Assembly (NCBI GenBank): GCA_045837725.1
Contig: JBEWZL010000179.1
Location: 1-64,000, forward strand
Reading direction: 5' to 3'
Source: Vermamoeba vermiformis
Lineage: Eukaryota
DNA: 64,000 nucleotides
Part shown: positions 1 through 11,900 of the stretch, in pieces
How the letters are laid out: every line of letters starts with the position of its first letter
How positions within the stretch are numbered: the first letter of the stretch is position 1
The notes under the pieces: generated by a model
The model's input: only the letters and a program-made list of their open reading frames with translations
Database searches by the model: none
Told to the model about the DNA's origin: nothing
Translations under genes and position numbers: made by a program

Positions 1-484
1 AGCTTGCTACAAAAGTACTACTTACCATTGGAGTAGTAGTGAGTAGTAGATATTGGTTGTAAACTGTGCGTGTGCTCGAATAGCGTGCACCAAATGAACC
101 ACCGGAGCGTTAAATATCAAGTCGACACGCGTTTATTGGTCGGAAAGCGATACAAGCACGTGACGCCGACGTGGCAGCTCCGCATCAAATGTTGGCTACA
201 AAGTGGGAGAACTTATGAGTGGAAGTCTTCGGTGGTAACACTTGGAATGTTTCTTGGTTGGATCCATCTGGATCGAGCAGGATTTTCACCCAATACTCGA
301 CCTCTGTTGACCTATGCTGCGGGGGAGGAGGTATGGCAGGGTAAAAGCTGATTCGTCTTCCAGGTATGCCATTCTTTATCTCACTCTCTGTTTGCGGTTT
401 GGAGCCTGGCTGCAGTGTCAGGTGCACGAATCTGTCCCAAAGCTCGGAAAAGTACCTCGGCGAATATATAAGCCGCGGTACAAG

Positions 485-2587
485 TTATTCGTTGTCAAAA
501 GCAAACCTAATTTACAAGAATTAGAAAACATAATTGTGTAATTGTGAGGACTTACGGTCGTTTCTGAACTACATCCTCGAAAATTTTTGTTGTGATATCG
601 AGGTCAGTTCCACCCAAGTGTAAAGTTGGTCCTTTAGGCATATAATCTTCTTCAAAATCTTCGTCGAAAGAGTCATCACTCTCCGGGATTGGCGCAACGA
701 AAAAGTTGATCAGCGAAAGATTCACAAAAGATAACAAGCCCAATGCACGCAGGTCAACCCGCACATTGCCCTTGAGACACACTAACTCTAGCAAACGCAG
801 TGTGGATGGAAGTTGGCATTTGGCCAGGAAACCGACATCCAAAGTGAAATCCGACTGGGTTGGCAGCGGTAAACGCAAGCCAACAAGCTGTCTTGCCTCT
901 TTTGCAATGGTACGAACAACGGTAAGGAGGTTTGTTGAGCCAAATGCGTCAAGTAGCCGGCTGTTGAAAGTTTTCGAACCCAGATGTACGAATCTGAGAT
1001 TTGTCAACTTTTGCTTCTCTAGCAACAACGCCGTCGAGCAATTGCTACTGATATATGTGATAGAGCCAATATTTGGGCAATTTCGCCATACAAAGTTGAC
1101 CACAGAGGGCGGGGTTGAGTCCGCAACCAAAACACGAATCTGATCTAGCCTAAAAAAATCAGAAAAAAATTGTAACGCGAGTAATAATCGCTACGTACTT
1201 GCTTTTGGCTTCTTTTGAGAGAGAGGGTCGCTCACCTAGTAGGTTCATGCTGGAAAAGCCAAGCCACCAACATTTTGCGGATAAATGGGCAAGATCTTCA
1301 ACCTCAAAGCGAAAACTGCACAGGGTAACTTCGTCGTAATCAAACGACATTTCTTTGCGCTTGATGGCATTCAAGTCGTTTTGCCACACTTCAAAGCTGA
1401 CTCGTAACGGGGGAACGGTTTCTTCGCGATTGGAGCCGGAATCCGAGCTTTCAGAAGGAGACCGAGCAACTGGAGAATCCTATTGCTTGTGTTAGAGAAT
1501 ATAAACGGAGATATTTAAGACTTACTACTATTGGCGGCGTCTGAGGTTTTGGGGAAGCGGGCAGTAGATCTTCGTCTTCGTCTTCACTGCTAACTAGCAC
1601 GGGTTGTGGCTCTTCGTGAAGGACTGGTTCTTGCACAACGGCCTCAATGGAGGGTTTCGCTTTTTTCGGCGAAGGAGCATTTTCATTTGGGGCAGGGGCC
1701 TTTCGTTTTGCTTGATTTGAGAAAAGAGGCCGGTCCTCAGCAGCAAAAGTTGGCAGGTGAAACCAATGATGACCTAAGCCACGGCATCCCTCAATGAAGT
1801 CTAACGGGCTGTCCTTAGTCGGGACATTGGAGTTTGACGTGGTTGGGTTTCGAGCTGCCCGACCTAGTAATAATTAGAGACAAATAAATATTAATGCGTG
1901 CACCTACCTTGCTGTTGCGGCTTAAAGGTATCGCTAACAAATGACGCGAACTTTGTGAATAGTGGTCGGTTGTAGTCACAGTCGCACGGGTACTTTAAAT
2001 CTTTAGAGGTGAATAGCGCGCGAAGACTATCGTCAGTTTTCCAATATGAGTAGTGGTATCGAAGCGCTACCCACAGCTTGTGATACTCTATGTGAATAAG
2101 TTGGGTGTATTCCTCGTTCGGGTTGGCCAAAAACTTCGCCTGTACGGCTTCCTCGCAGATGCGCTTAGCTGCTTCGAACCGTGCGTAGAAGCCTTTCAAA
2201 AAGGTACCAACATCTCTCCACTCAAGTGAGTCTCCAATCGGTACGCCCAGTGCGTCTGAGATTAAGTCGCGGTATGTTTTATACCACTGCGGGTAATAAC
2301 GGGTTCCCTCTGCAGGGTCCTGCAGCATCTGGTGGAAGTCGAAGATGCAGAACAGAAGGACAAAATCCTCACGCTTAGTGAATGTCGAGTAAGCGGATAT
2401 TTTGCGCTCTGCATTTTGTATAGCAGCTTCGATGCCGCCCACTTGTAGTCGGTTTCTGGCCAAGCTTAAGAACTGAAAATAGTTCCGAATCTTGATCGGT
2501 AGAGGAAGATCCGTAATTTTCGGGTTCTAAAATGAAATGCTATTAATAAATCGTCATTAAATAATTATTTCTGTAATTTTTTACCAT
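485..2587 (-). CDS. Multi-exon hypothetical nuclear protein with a C-terminal LRR-like region
   Basis: ATG at 2587 is followed directly by a GT-AG intron, giving MNPKITDLPLPIKIRNYF. Exons join ORFs 1891-2463, 1451-1636, 1159-1389 and 552-1130 in frame. Contains a bipartite NLS-like KRKAPAPNENAPSPKKAK and Leu-spaced LRR-like segments. Confidence 0.6.
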
Positions 2588-3021
2588 TTGAAACCTTTGA
2601 TCGAGCCAGATTGAATTTAATTAATTTTAAATAAAATCGAGACGGAGCCTATTGGGAACCGTGCGACGATATTACAGACTACGTAATTAATATATTGTTA
2701 TATTAATTTAATACAGAGGACTAGCTTTTAGGAAAGCCCTCAATTCCGAGCGAATCTGCTTTGATGCTCGATGATTACGCAGTGAGGTATTGCCGGACTG
2801 CGTACTTAACAGCTCAGTGTATTGCAAAGAGCTTTTGTGTTTCTTTTGAAAATAATTGGGAAAGTGATTGAAGCGTAGATTCGGAATTTGAGCACGTGAC
2901 AACCACGTGCTTCAACCAAAAATGGAGCGTGATCTATTATTGCGCGTAAAAATGAATCCAGTCAGAGTTGACCAACAGGAGTGAATACGCACGAGTTGTT
3001 CTTCGAATTTTTAGTTTTAAC

Positions 3022-3077
3022 CCGATCTTGTCCGATCTTGTCCGATCTTTCCGGATCTTGTGATCTTTCCCGATCTC
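3022..3077. repeat. Short tandem repeat (CCGATCTTGT-like, ~10-bp period, 6 GATCT cores)
   Basis: ccgatcttgt ccgatcttgt ccgatctttc cggatcttgt gatctttccc gatct read directly. Confidence 0.85.
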
Positions 3078-3328
3078 TTTCTCAAACGCGTACGATTCAA
3101 TTTACAATTTAATAGTATGATAATTATGACACTTAATAGATACGAGCCAGGTAAGATGCTAAATTTCTTTATTTACTGGTGAACGCGTACATCTACATCC
3201 GCATCTGTGTCGACGCAGAATAATAATCGTTTCTTATTATTTTAACTTAATTATCATAAACATAAATAAAATCACTACTTTCCAAAGCAAGCTCAAAAGA
3301 CCCAAAGGTGAGAAACCTTACCCGTCAC

Positions 3329-3552
3329 AAGCGTAGTCTTCAGCGCGACGCTCCAGAGTTGATAGTGTAATCTCCAGGACTACGCTCAAGTGTTGAGAGC
3401 GTAATCTTCAGGACTACGCTCAAAATTAGCTTGCCGTCATCGTGTGATTTGGGTTCGCGGTTTTGTGATGGTATCGAGCGTAGTCCTTGAAACTACGGGC
3501 ACAGAGCGTAGTCTTCAGGACTACGCTCCAAAATCAAGAGCGTAATCTTTGG
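3329..3552. repeat. Cluster of 25-nt palindromic repeats, consensus GAGCGTAGTC-TTCAG-GACTACGCTC
   Basis: Copies start at 3329, 3363, 3397, 3476, 3504 and 3538 (partial). The consensus forms a 10-bp stem with a 5-nt loop. The period is 34 bp for most adjacent copies. Confidence 0.85.
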
Positions 3553-4251
3553 TACAACATTGCCAAGTCTGATTTCGGTTTTAATATGGAAAATTTGTAT
3601 CGTAATTTGCATGGGATTTTGCATGCTATTTTTGCATGCTGAAACGCTCAAACCCTTAAATGGCCAAACCCTACTCATCTGTATTAATCTGTCGACTTTT
3701 TGGTGTCGTCGTTATTCTGTTAAATAAATAAATTAGGCCCTGCATAATTAAGTATTTAATTTCTAAATACGACCAATAATATTCGGACTTTTTTTAAAGT
3801 CCTCTGTAATAATTAAAATTTCCGAAATTTTTTGAAACAGATTTTACCATTCCAATCGAGATTTAATTGCGATAAGTACGATAATAATTCGTATTCCACG
3901 ATTATTCGTAGTATACGTAATATTGCAAGCGGATTTACGCTCTTTTGGAGACTAAAATCCGTAAGTACGCTCGAGCAGCTTGTGGCCGCGAGGATCACCA
4001 ACGAAGTCTTTTGGACTCGCTAGTAATTTATGTAAAAAATAGGTGCAGACTCACTTGTGGTGACGCACACTATTTTTAAATTGAAATGCTCGAAGCAAGA
4101 ACGCAAGATTTGGGCATGTGACGCACACGTGATCGTCACGTGTCATTGCCAAAAAAAGAAGATTTCCAAAAACGGATTACAATTCAAATCAAACTGTCAT
4201 GTCAACAGCACGACTAATTTATTACTGTTCGCGTATTTATTTACAACATAG

Positions 4252-4499
4252 AGTAACGCGCCGCGGTATCAAAACCGTTCCAGCGCGAGTTTTTACGGAT
4301 TTGGAGCTGATGCGAAAATGATCGCGTCAGAATTCTTTAAACGTCAGCAGATCGACCACAAGGGTCCAAATCTCGAGTAATTTTGGTTATTAACAGCTGA
4401 TAGTGACGCGCCACGGCAGCCAGGGCCGTTCAGCGCGAGTTATTTGGATGGAAGTCGATGCGAAATCTAGATACGCAGCAGATCGACTTACAAGGGCCG
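4252..4499. repeat. Degenerate direct repeat, two copies, 150-bp period
   Basis: Shared blocks AGT(A/G)ACGCGCC(G/A)CGG, CCGTTC(C)AGCGCGAGTT, GATGCGAAA, CAGCAGATCGAC and ACAAGGG at 4252-4367 and 4402-4499. Confidence 0.75.
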
Positions 4500-4729
4500 A
4501 TTTTTGTCACAATATACCGCCATAACGGGTTAACGGCGGATTTTGGTAAGTTCGTGTTGATACTCGTTCGATCCAATCCGGAGGATTCGGATTTGAATTT
4601 TATTTAATACTAATACTAAAATAAATCACTAATTTTTGAAAACATAGATCAAACGGTCCTGAATTGCCAATTCTGTAACTTGCGTTGGTAAAAATAAAAA
4701 CGATTTTAAGTTAATTTTTTTTATTTGTA

Positions 4730-5103
4730 GATCGTCTCCACGATGGAGACGACCCTTTCGGACTTAATTTTTGTTTACTAGATCGTCTCTGCGCTGGAGA
4801 CGACCCGCGTGGACTTTGTTTTTTTTGGAGATCGTCTCCGCGCTGGAGACGACCTATACGGACTTCGTATTTTTTTAGGAGATCGTCTCCGCGCTGGAGA
4901 CGACCTGTACTGACTTAATTTTTTTAGGGGATCGTCTCCGCGCTGGAGACGACCTTTGGGGACTTTGTATTTTTTCGCAGATCGTCTCCACGCTGGAGAC
5001 GACCCTTACGGACTTTGTTTTTTTTGTAGATCGTCTCCGCGCTGGAGACGACCCTTACGGACTTTGCATTGTTTCGCAGATCGTCTCCGCGCTGGAGACG
5101 ACC
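4730..5103. repeat. Array of 8 hairpin repeats GATCGTCTCC-GCGCT-GGAGACGACC separated by semi-variable T-rich linkers
   Basis: Units start at 4730, 4781, 4830, 4881, 4930, 4980, 5029 and 5079 (period 49-51). The stem is TCGTCTCC/GGAGACGA. Each linker is 5 variable nt + GGACTT + a T-tract. Confidence 0.95.
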
Positions 5104-5307
5104 CCTGGGTACATAATTTTTTTGCAGGTTGGTTGTGAGTGCGGGTAAGGGTTAGGTACGGGATTACCTAAGCAAAATTTTGCTTAAGTAAAATTCAACG
5201 GGACTTTTGTTTATTTTAGTAACTTTTCAAGGCTAGCCCTATATGGCCAGGCCCTTTTACATATATGAATTGGGATTTGCATTCTTCCACCAATTCTAAA
5301 GGATGAC

Positions 5308-5712
5308 TTACATTGGCAGGGTTCATCTTTGGCCAAACATGGTCCAGTTGTGGTCAGATCCCGTGATACAACAATGAAACAATGACTGCATTCCATGGAC
5401 ATCTTTTGAGTATGTCATGATCTGAACCCATGGCAGACCAATAAAGACTGTGAACTTTATATCAGGGGTTGCTATGCCTTCAAGAATCACTGAAAAAAGA
5501 CAAGTCAAATCAGTTACAAACTCCTTCGTATTTGATTTTTGGGTCAGTGATGTCAATCAATAGATTGAGTTTTTCAAGTTTGGATCCTTCTCCATTAACT
5601 TCTTTTCTTCTTCCCGTTGCTGAGCTGTCTCAAGGTTGATCTGACTTCACCCCCAGTGCTCCAAATTTTTTTGAAATTGCTGAATGTCTTCATTTTCATT
5701 GTTTAGTGGCAT
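5308..5712 (-). pseudogene. Possible decayed ORF in a CpG-depleted segment
   Basis: The 135-codon frame MPLNNENEDIQQFQKNLEHWG*SQINLETAQQREEEKKLMEKDPNLK... is interrupted only by three TGA codons. Only 3 CpGs were counted in 5201-5930. Confidence 0.35.
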
Positions 5713-5923
5713 GCTATTTCTTTCTTTTTTGAACCTTAGAATACATCAAGATGCAATTATCACAGACAAAGTACTATCAACAATATAAACCAATAAAGTA
5801 GTATTAATACCAAGCATTTCCTTTGTACAGCCCATGATAACTGATTATTGTTATAATCAAGAGCAAAATCCATAAATGGCTGTTTATTTTTCCTTAATTT
5901 ACAATTATTTAACACTATTAACA

Positions 5924-8900
5924 CTAATTGCGCTGCTTAATTTGAATGTTTCCAATTAACTGCATTACTTTGCGCTCCAAACGGTCTATTCTGTCCAAAA
6001 GTGCTGTTGTGGAAGCAGAGCCAGTAGATTCAGTCTTTGTTGAAGTCTCATCCTTTTCCAATGCAACACTACGACCCATTGGGAAGAAATCTAAAATGGC
6101 TCCTCTGCTCTTGATTTGTCGATAGATCTCACGTTCAACCTTTGAAAGTTGGCCAGTCTCTTTCTTAGCTTTAACCTCCTTCAAATAAGCGAGGAAGTAC
6201 AAATAGTGCAGAAGATTGTGGTCTTTGTCAATGTGTGCTTGGAAATCTGTAATTTGATTAATAAGTAAAAACCTTGTTTGATTGCTCGATTCAACGTACC
6301 AATGCCTTTTTCTCTGAACGAGTCGCGTTGAATTGAACAAATGAAGCAGCTGTTATCAACCTCTTCTTTGGCCTCCTTATATTGTTCACGGAATTCTAAG
6401 GATAGTTAGATGGCTTGCTTCAGTGTTTGCTCGCTTTACTTACGCGCAAAAGCATCGACTAAAATAGCCAACGTTACGTTCAACAGGATCAAACCAATGA
6501 TGAAGTAGAAGAGGATAATGTATATCACCCAAGCAAAACGAAGGCTTGAAAGATCAGGACCAGCCAAGTATTCGAACACACCTCCTTCACTCGAGATACC
6601 ATAGTAACTCAGCGTCAACATGCATTGCAGCAGTGTACCGCAATGTGTGTTTAGGCCCATCGTGTCGTAGTAAGATTGGAAAAAGAAGTAGCTGAAGATC
6701 GACAAAATGAAAACACAGCAAATAACAACCAGCATCTACAAGACCGTTAGATTACAAGTTGTAGGTTTAAAGGACATACCATTAAAAGCAAGCTGACAAT
6801 TGTTTGCTTGAGTGCCTTCAAAATGAACAGCAGGTAGCGCGAGCGCAAAATAATTTGCGAGAGATGGAATGCGTAGAAGTATGGTGTCACGACCACGCCC
6901 AATATGGCACAAGCTGTATACAAGAAGAGGTAGATCGCGTACGGATTGAGGACCCAGTGCCTGAAGGACTTTGCGTAGTACTTTGCAACGGTAACTCCTA
7001 GCTTAGGCCTAATCTCAGCCCAACTATGCAATATAAGTGACAGATTCTGGTTGCCCTCGTAGTTGCGCTTCTTGTGGTTGTAGCGCCGGTCGGTGGAAGC
7101 TGACTGCGTGCGCAAGTTTAGCCAACCTATTGAAGTTAATAACGGAGCACCAAACAAATGCCTGTTCAACGCGTACCTATCTGATTCATCTCTGTGCCGT
7201 GCTTTAAGAAATACGTGCCCGTGCTGAACAAACTGAAGGCTGCTCCAATAATACACAAGTAGAACAGGGCGTCTGCGAGTTCTGTTGATGCAATTTCAGA
7301 AACAGCAAGCAGCATTACGTTGATGGCCAACGAAATCAAGAACGACAAGTTCCAAAAGATATGATGAGCCCAATTCAAGCCCTTGTACTTCGATCCAAAA
7401 CGTCGCTTGTTGATATTTCTTTGTTCTTGACGCAACAAAAGCACGTGGGCCCATTCCATAAAACCTGCCAACTTTTCGCCTGCTCGTTTCCAGTCCACGT
7501 TTTGTTCGATTAACGACTCTTCCATGCGCTTCATTAGGGTCTTTTCTTTTTGCTTGTTGACCTTCTCACTCTTTGCTGGGTTTCGCGGAATAACTTTGCG
7601 GAATACCGTTGGCACGGGGAAGTAAATCTGAAAACGGTCAGCTTGCGGAATTTGAAGCTATAATTAATTAAATAACTTACCGTATGCAGTTGCTTCTTGT
7701 GCGCCACTTCAATATGAGCAATCTTGTTCTGGCAATTAGATTCGCAGATCTTGAACGAGTCTGTGAGCTCTTTGTTGTCCGTTGCTTCATTTTTATCGTA
7801 AAGAATTTGAACCATTCTGAACGATAGCGCTGCAAGTGATATCGCTCGCTTATCACTGCACAATTCGCTGCTGTCGATGATCAGACCCGTGTTGTTTTCT
7901 AACGAACGCAAATCGAGTTGAGTAGTGACTTTGGATATGACTGCGCTCTCCGCTTCGTCAACCAACATCAAAAGGAACTCCATCACCGTAATCTTAATGA
8001 CAAGTGTTAGTGCTAATTAACAACGGTAGCAAACACAGTACCTTGAGGCCAAGAATAACATCGGCGAAATCCTTGTCAGTCGGGATAACACGTGACAAAA
8101 TCTTGTTCACTGGCACCAACACCTGAGCATCCAGCACAATTTTCTGGTTGGGCGGTGAAAGCTTCACAATTTCAGTAAGCGTTCGGAACATTTGGAAGGC
8201 CAAGTCCACGTTTGATTCGTCAAGCACACCTTCGAACATCTTCAGGTAGAGGATGATTTCACGAAGCAGCTCATTTTGCTGTGCCAAGGCAGTCTTGAAT
8301 ATAGCTGAATCTTGAGTCATCAATCGAAGAGCCAAGAACAAGTTCGGTACGATAGAACCAATCTTCAGCTCGTTGCCAACAATGTGTGTGTTCTCGTACG
8401 TGTTGAATATTCTTGGCGAGCTAACGTTCAACTTTGATTCGACAATCTTTGGCTTGCTAAGTGCCTTTGTGCCAAGAGCGCCACCAAGTGCACTGGCCAA
8501 GTTAAACGCAGCTAAGTCTGTAGGTGCAGGTGCGTAGGAATTACCACGCTCGCGCATTCGTGTGCCAAACGCAATGAATGCGGCCACGCGCTTGTAGTCT
8601 TTGATGATCATTCGACTGGACTGAAGAATGCGCACCAAATCGCTAAAGAATCGCTGACCACCAGCGCGTGAAGTCAACGATGCAATCAGCGTGTCCTTGA
8701 CTTTGTTGTTGACCTTCAAGTACGACGGGTTAGTGTTGGCACGTCTCTCATCTTCGAGCGCCAGCATCTCCTTCAAAGTAGCAAGTGCCATGTCAACAAG
8801 AGCGGGAGGATTATTTGGAGTGATGAGACCAACAATTGCTGCAGGAGCTTCGAGCTGCGTTAACTTTGCCTGCGCCTCACGTCTATATCGATCAGCCGCG

Positions 8901-11900
8901 CCAACTGGAGCGGGAAGAGCCACGCCTAACAAGCTGTTCCTGGGATCGTGTTCCTTCAGTGTAATATACGCTTGAATGATGCGAAGTGCCAAAATTTTGA
9001 GTTTGATGTCCGGTGACAGCACGTTTCGAATCTCGTAAACCATTGTTTCAATGCATGCTTGGCCTTTGCTATCAAGTTCTGTCATCATCTCCACGATTCT
9101 ACGCATAATTGCTTGGTCCCTAAAAAGGAATTAGTGGCTATTAAGGCGAGAATAAGCTCTCCAAACGTACAAGGCAGATGTGAACTGATTTGTCGAAGAT
9201 CCCTCTCCCGAGCCTTGGCCTTCGTAGTGAACACGCGGGCCATTGTCACCTTTAGAAGCTGCTTTGTCGCTCCAAGGAGTCACCACCGACATTTTAATAT
9301 CTTTGTCACTCTTCTTTTTGCTGTTTTTGAAAATTTTCTCGCGCTTTTGATCTTTCTCGGGCTCTTCAACGTGCTTATTAAGATCGTTCTCATCTCTCGG
9401 GCTGAAAGCAATATCGTCTTTGTCGATGCGATGAAGGTTTGTATTGCTCTTACCACGGAAGTTAAACTCAATCGTATCCGTGGCGTCTCCGCTGATGAGC
9501 TCTTCGAGACCTGCACTACTTAACGCGCGCAGAGTGTCCTGCACCTTCTTGTAAAATACTTCGTTCAACACATATTTACGGGTCAAGCGCATTAGTCCAG
9601 CGAGCAGTCTCTGCAAAGTAACCTTCTGCTCTGCAGTTGACTTGGCCTTGATGAAGTAGCGAGCGAAGAAGTGTTGAATGAAGCCCAAACAGTTATTGAA
9701 AAACTGTTCGTAAATTCGCTCGTCCGTAGGACTCGGTGCCAAGATGAACTTGAACGCATTGACCATCATCTCGAACAGACTCCAAAGCTTCTTGTTGAAC
9801 TGCAACAAGAGAACAGCAGGTCTCACTTGAACGGAACTCTCCGTGTTCAGATAGACTTCATCCATGAAGTTAAGGTACGCTTGAATGATCATTAACTGGC
9901 TTGCGGTGAAGCTTGAATGCTCAAAGGTGCAGTAGTCGAGGCATTCTTCTAGGGTCACCAACTTTTGATTGGTCACTTCTGTGAAATAATTCTTGCCCTC
10001 GCACACCAAAGCCAAAATAGCGATTAGTCCGGCTCGTAGCACTGATAACTCTTCATTTGTCATCGAGGTCATTTCTCTCTTGATTTTCTTTTTAGACTTC
10101 ATCTTCGTCAAAGCCGCATTCAAGCCACTGGTAAATCGTAAGTACACCGTTACTAAAAGTCATTATTTAGTAATTATTAACTTACCCTTTGTGCGAAGTT
10201 CCACTTAATAACGCTTTTGTCTCTTTGCGCGATATCAACATCTTCAAAATGACGTTTTGATTGGCTTTGAGCGGTAAGTTTTCGGGGCTAATGATAGTCT
10301 GCGATAACGATTAATCACTAGTATTAACTCGTCAAGAATGATACTTACGTGCATCAGTTCTTGATAGATTGGACTCGTGCTACGCTCGAAAGCTAACAAC
10401 ACAAATGGATAAATTTGACGCTCAGAGAGCTTCATACAGAGATGTTGATTGTTCTTAAACATCGCCGTAATGGTCTCCATAATGATCGAGCAGATATCTT
10501 CATTGGCGCGGAACCACGTCATTTGATTGGAAATGAACTCCAAGTATTTGAATAGAACACGTTGGTTACGTTCGTTCTCCCAGCAAAACTAAACGCCAAA
10601 GTTAGTTCGTCAAGAGTAGGCACGTCCAATATTACTTACAGATTTCAGGAATTTGAAGCCGGCAGCAATAATCGACAAGGCTGCCTCAGAGTAGTTCATA
10701 TGATTGTCTTTGTCTTCGTTAACAACTGCGATAGGTCGTCTCAGAATGCTCAACACTTCTTCGTGGATGTTCATATTTCGGCAAATCCGTTGATACACCT
10801 CATTCACATCCCTTGTAGATTGAGAGCATCGGTTACTGAACTCCTCCAAAATATCGCACACGGTCTGGCAATGATCTGGGCCCATGGTAATTGCCGTCAG
10901 TCCTTGAAGCATTGCAAGTCTTTCTTCAAATCGTCTGTACGAGCCTTGCTCTTTCAACTTCATCAAGATCTGCACTTTAGGAATGTACTTCAACAGCAGT
11001 GCGTTAGTATTTCCGGAAATGAGCATTTGTGCGATGAGTTGAAGCGATTGACTGGTCAGCTGGGTATCATCGTGGCTCAACACCGTTAACAAACTGCTGC
11101 CAAGCTCAAACTTGTCGGACACCAAATCTGCCGTTTTTGTTTGTAGAAGTTGTTCCATGATTATTTGCTTCAATTTCTCCTCGGAGTTTGCATTGCCAGG
11201 GGGCTCGAGGTTCTTCATGAAGTCATCGAAAACTGTGTTCAACCAAACTTCGAAATAGCGCTTCAAGATTTTCAGTGCTTCTCGTTTGATAGCCTTATTT
11301 TCGATGTGTTAGTCGGGCAAGTTACAAGCGTTAAGACTTACCAACAAGATTGACTTGGCCTCGTCGCTTTGATCTTTTCTACCTGCAAGAGGATCCGTCG
11401 CAATGATTTCCTTCAATTTAGATACCAACAGGTGCTCTTTGTGTCTGAAAATACCGAAGAAGAATGCCTTTCTAACGAGGATCATCACGCGGAGTAACAA
11501 CTGTGGCTGACCGGTTTCAAGCTGACGATCATCAAATCTGAACGAGTACTTGTCGAATATGAAGTCCAACAAGAATTCGGATAATGAGCGAGGATTCGAC
11601 GATGCCACTTTAGTGAGGATTTGTGGGTCGTTGGTGTTGATTGTGGTCACGGGAACCTCGTCGAATCTGTAGACCGTGCTGAAGTGACTGACCGGGCCTT
11701 CATCGTCATTGTTATGTGCGCCTTGACTGGTGAACCAAATGCGTCGGAAACGAGTTTTCAAGTTAGTATTTGGATGCAAATCCAGCACCAAGTTCTCGTA
11801 ACACGCAGCATATTTGGCTCTAACACGAGGATCCATATGTCGGTCCTTCAGTACCATAAATGCCTCGCTATCACTGAACTCCAGGTTCTGAGCGACCATC

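Noticed and set aside
70-541. Short ORFs at the window start
   Set aside because: No motifs. The adjacent minus-strand gene stops at 485 (or at 552 if unspliced), so ORF 185-427 is not its continuation.
4300-4320. Hammerhead ribozyme core (CTGATGCGAAA)
   Set aside because: It lacks CUGAnGA and stem II, and is not conserved in the second repeat copy.
4730-5103. Bona fide CRISPR array
   Set aside because: The spacers are mutually related (GGACTT + T-tract), short and low-complexity. There are no cas genes, and the context is an intron-rich eukaryote.
4730-5103. Synthetic Golden Gate construct (units contain the BsmBI sites CGTCTC/GAGACG)
   Set aside because: The facing sites have overlapping cut positions, the units show natural-looking degeneracy, and there is no vector sequence nearby.
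5143-5156. Interstitial telomere (GGGTAAGGGTTAGG)
   Set aside because: Only about two degenerate units.
5211-5460. TnpB/Fanzor zinc-ribbon remnant (SSQSLLVCHG..ECSHCFIVVSRD)
   Set aside because: The first Cys and the NAAxN motif are missing, there are stops in frame, and no RuvC-I/II motifs are visible upstream. An HMM hit to PF07282 would revive it.
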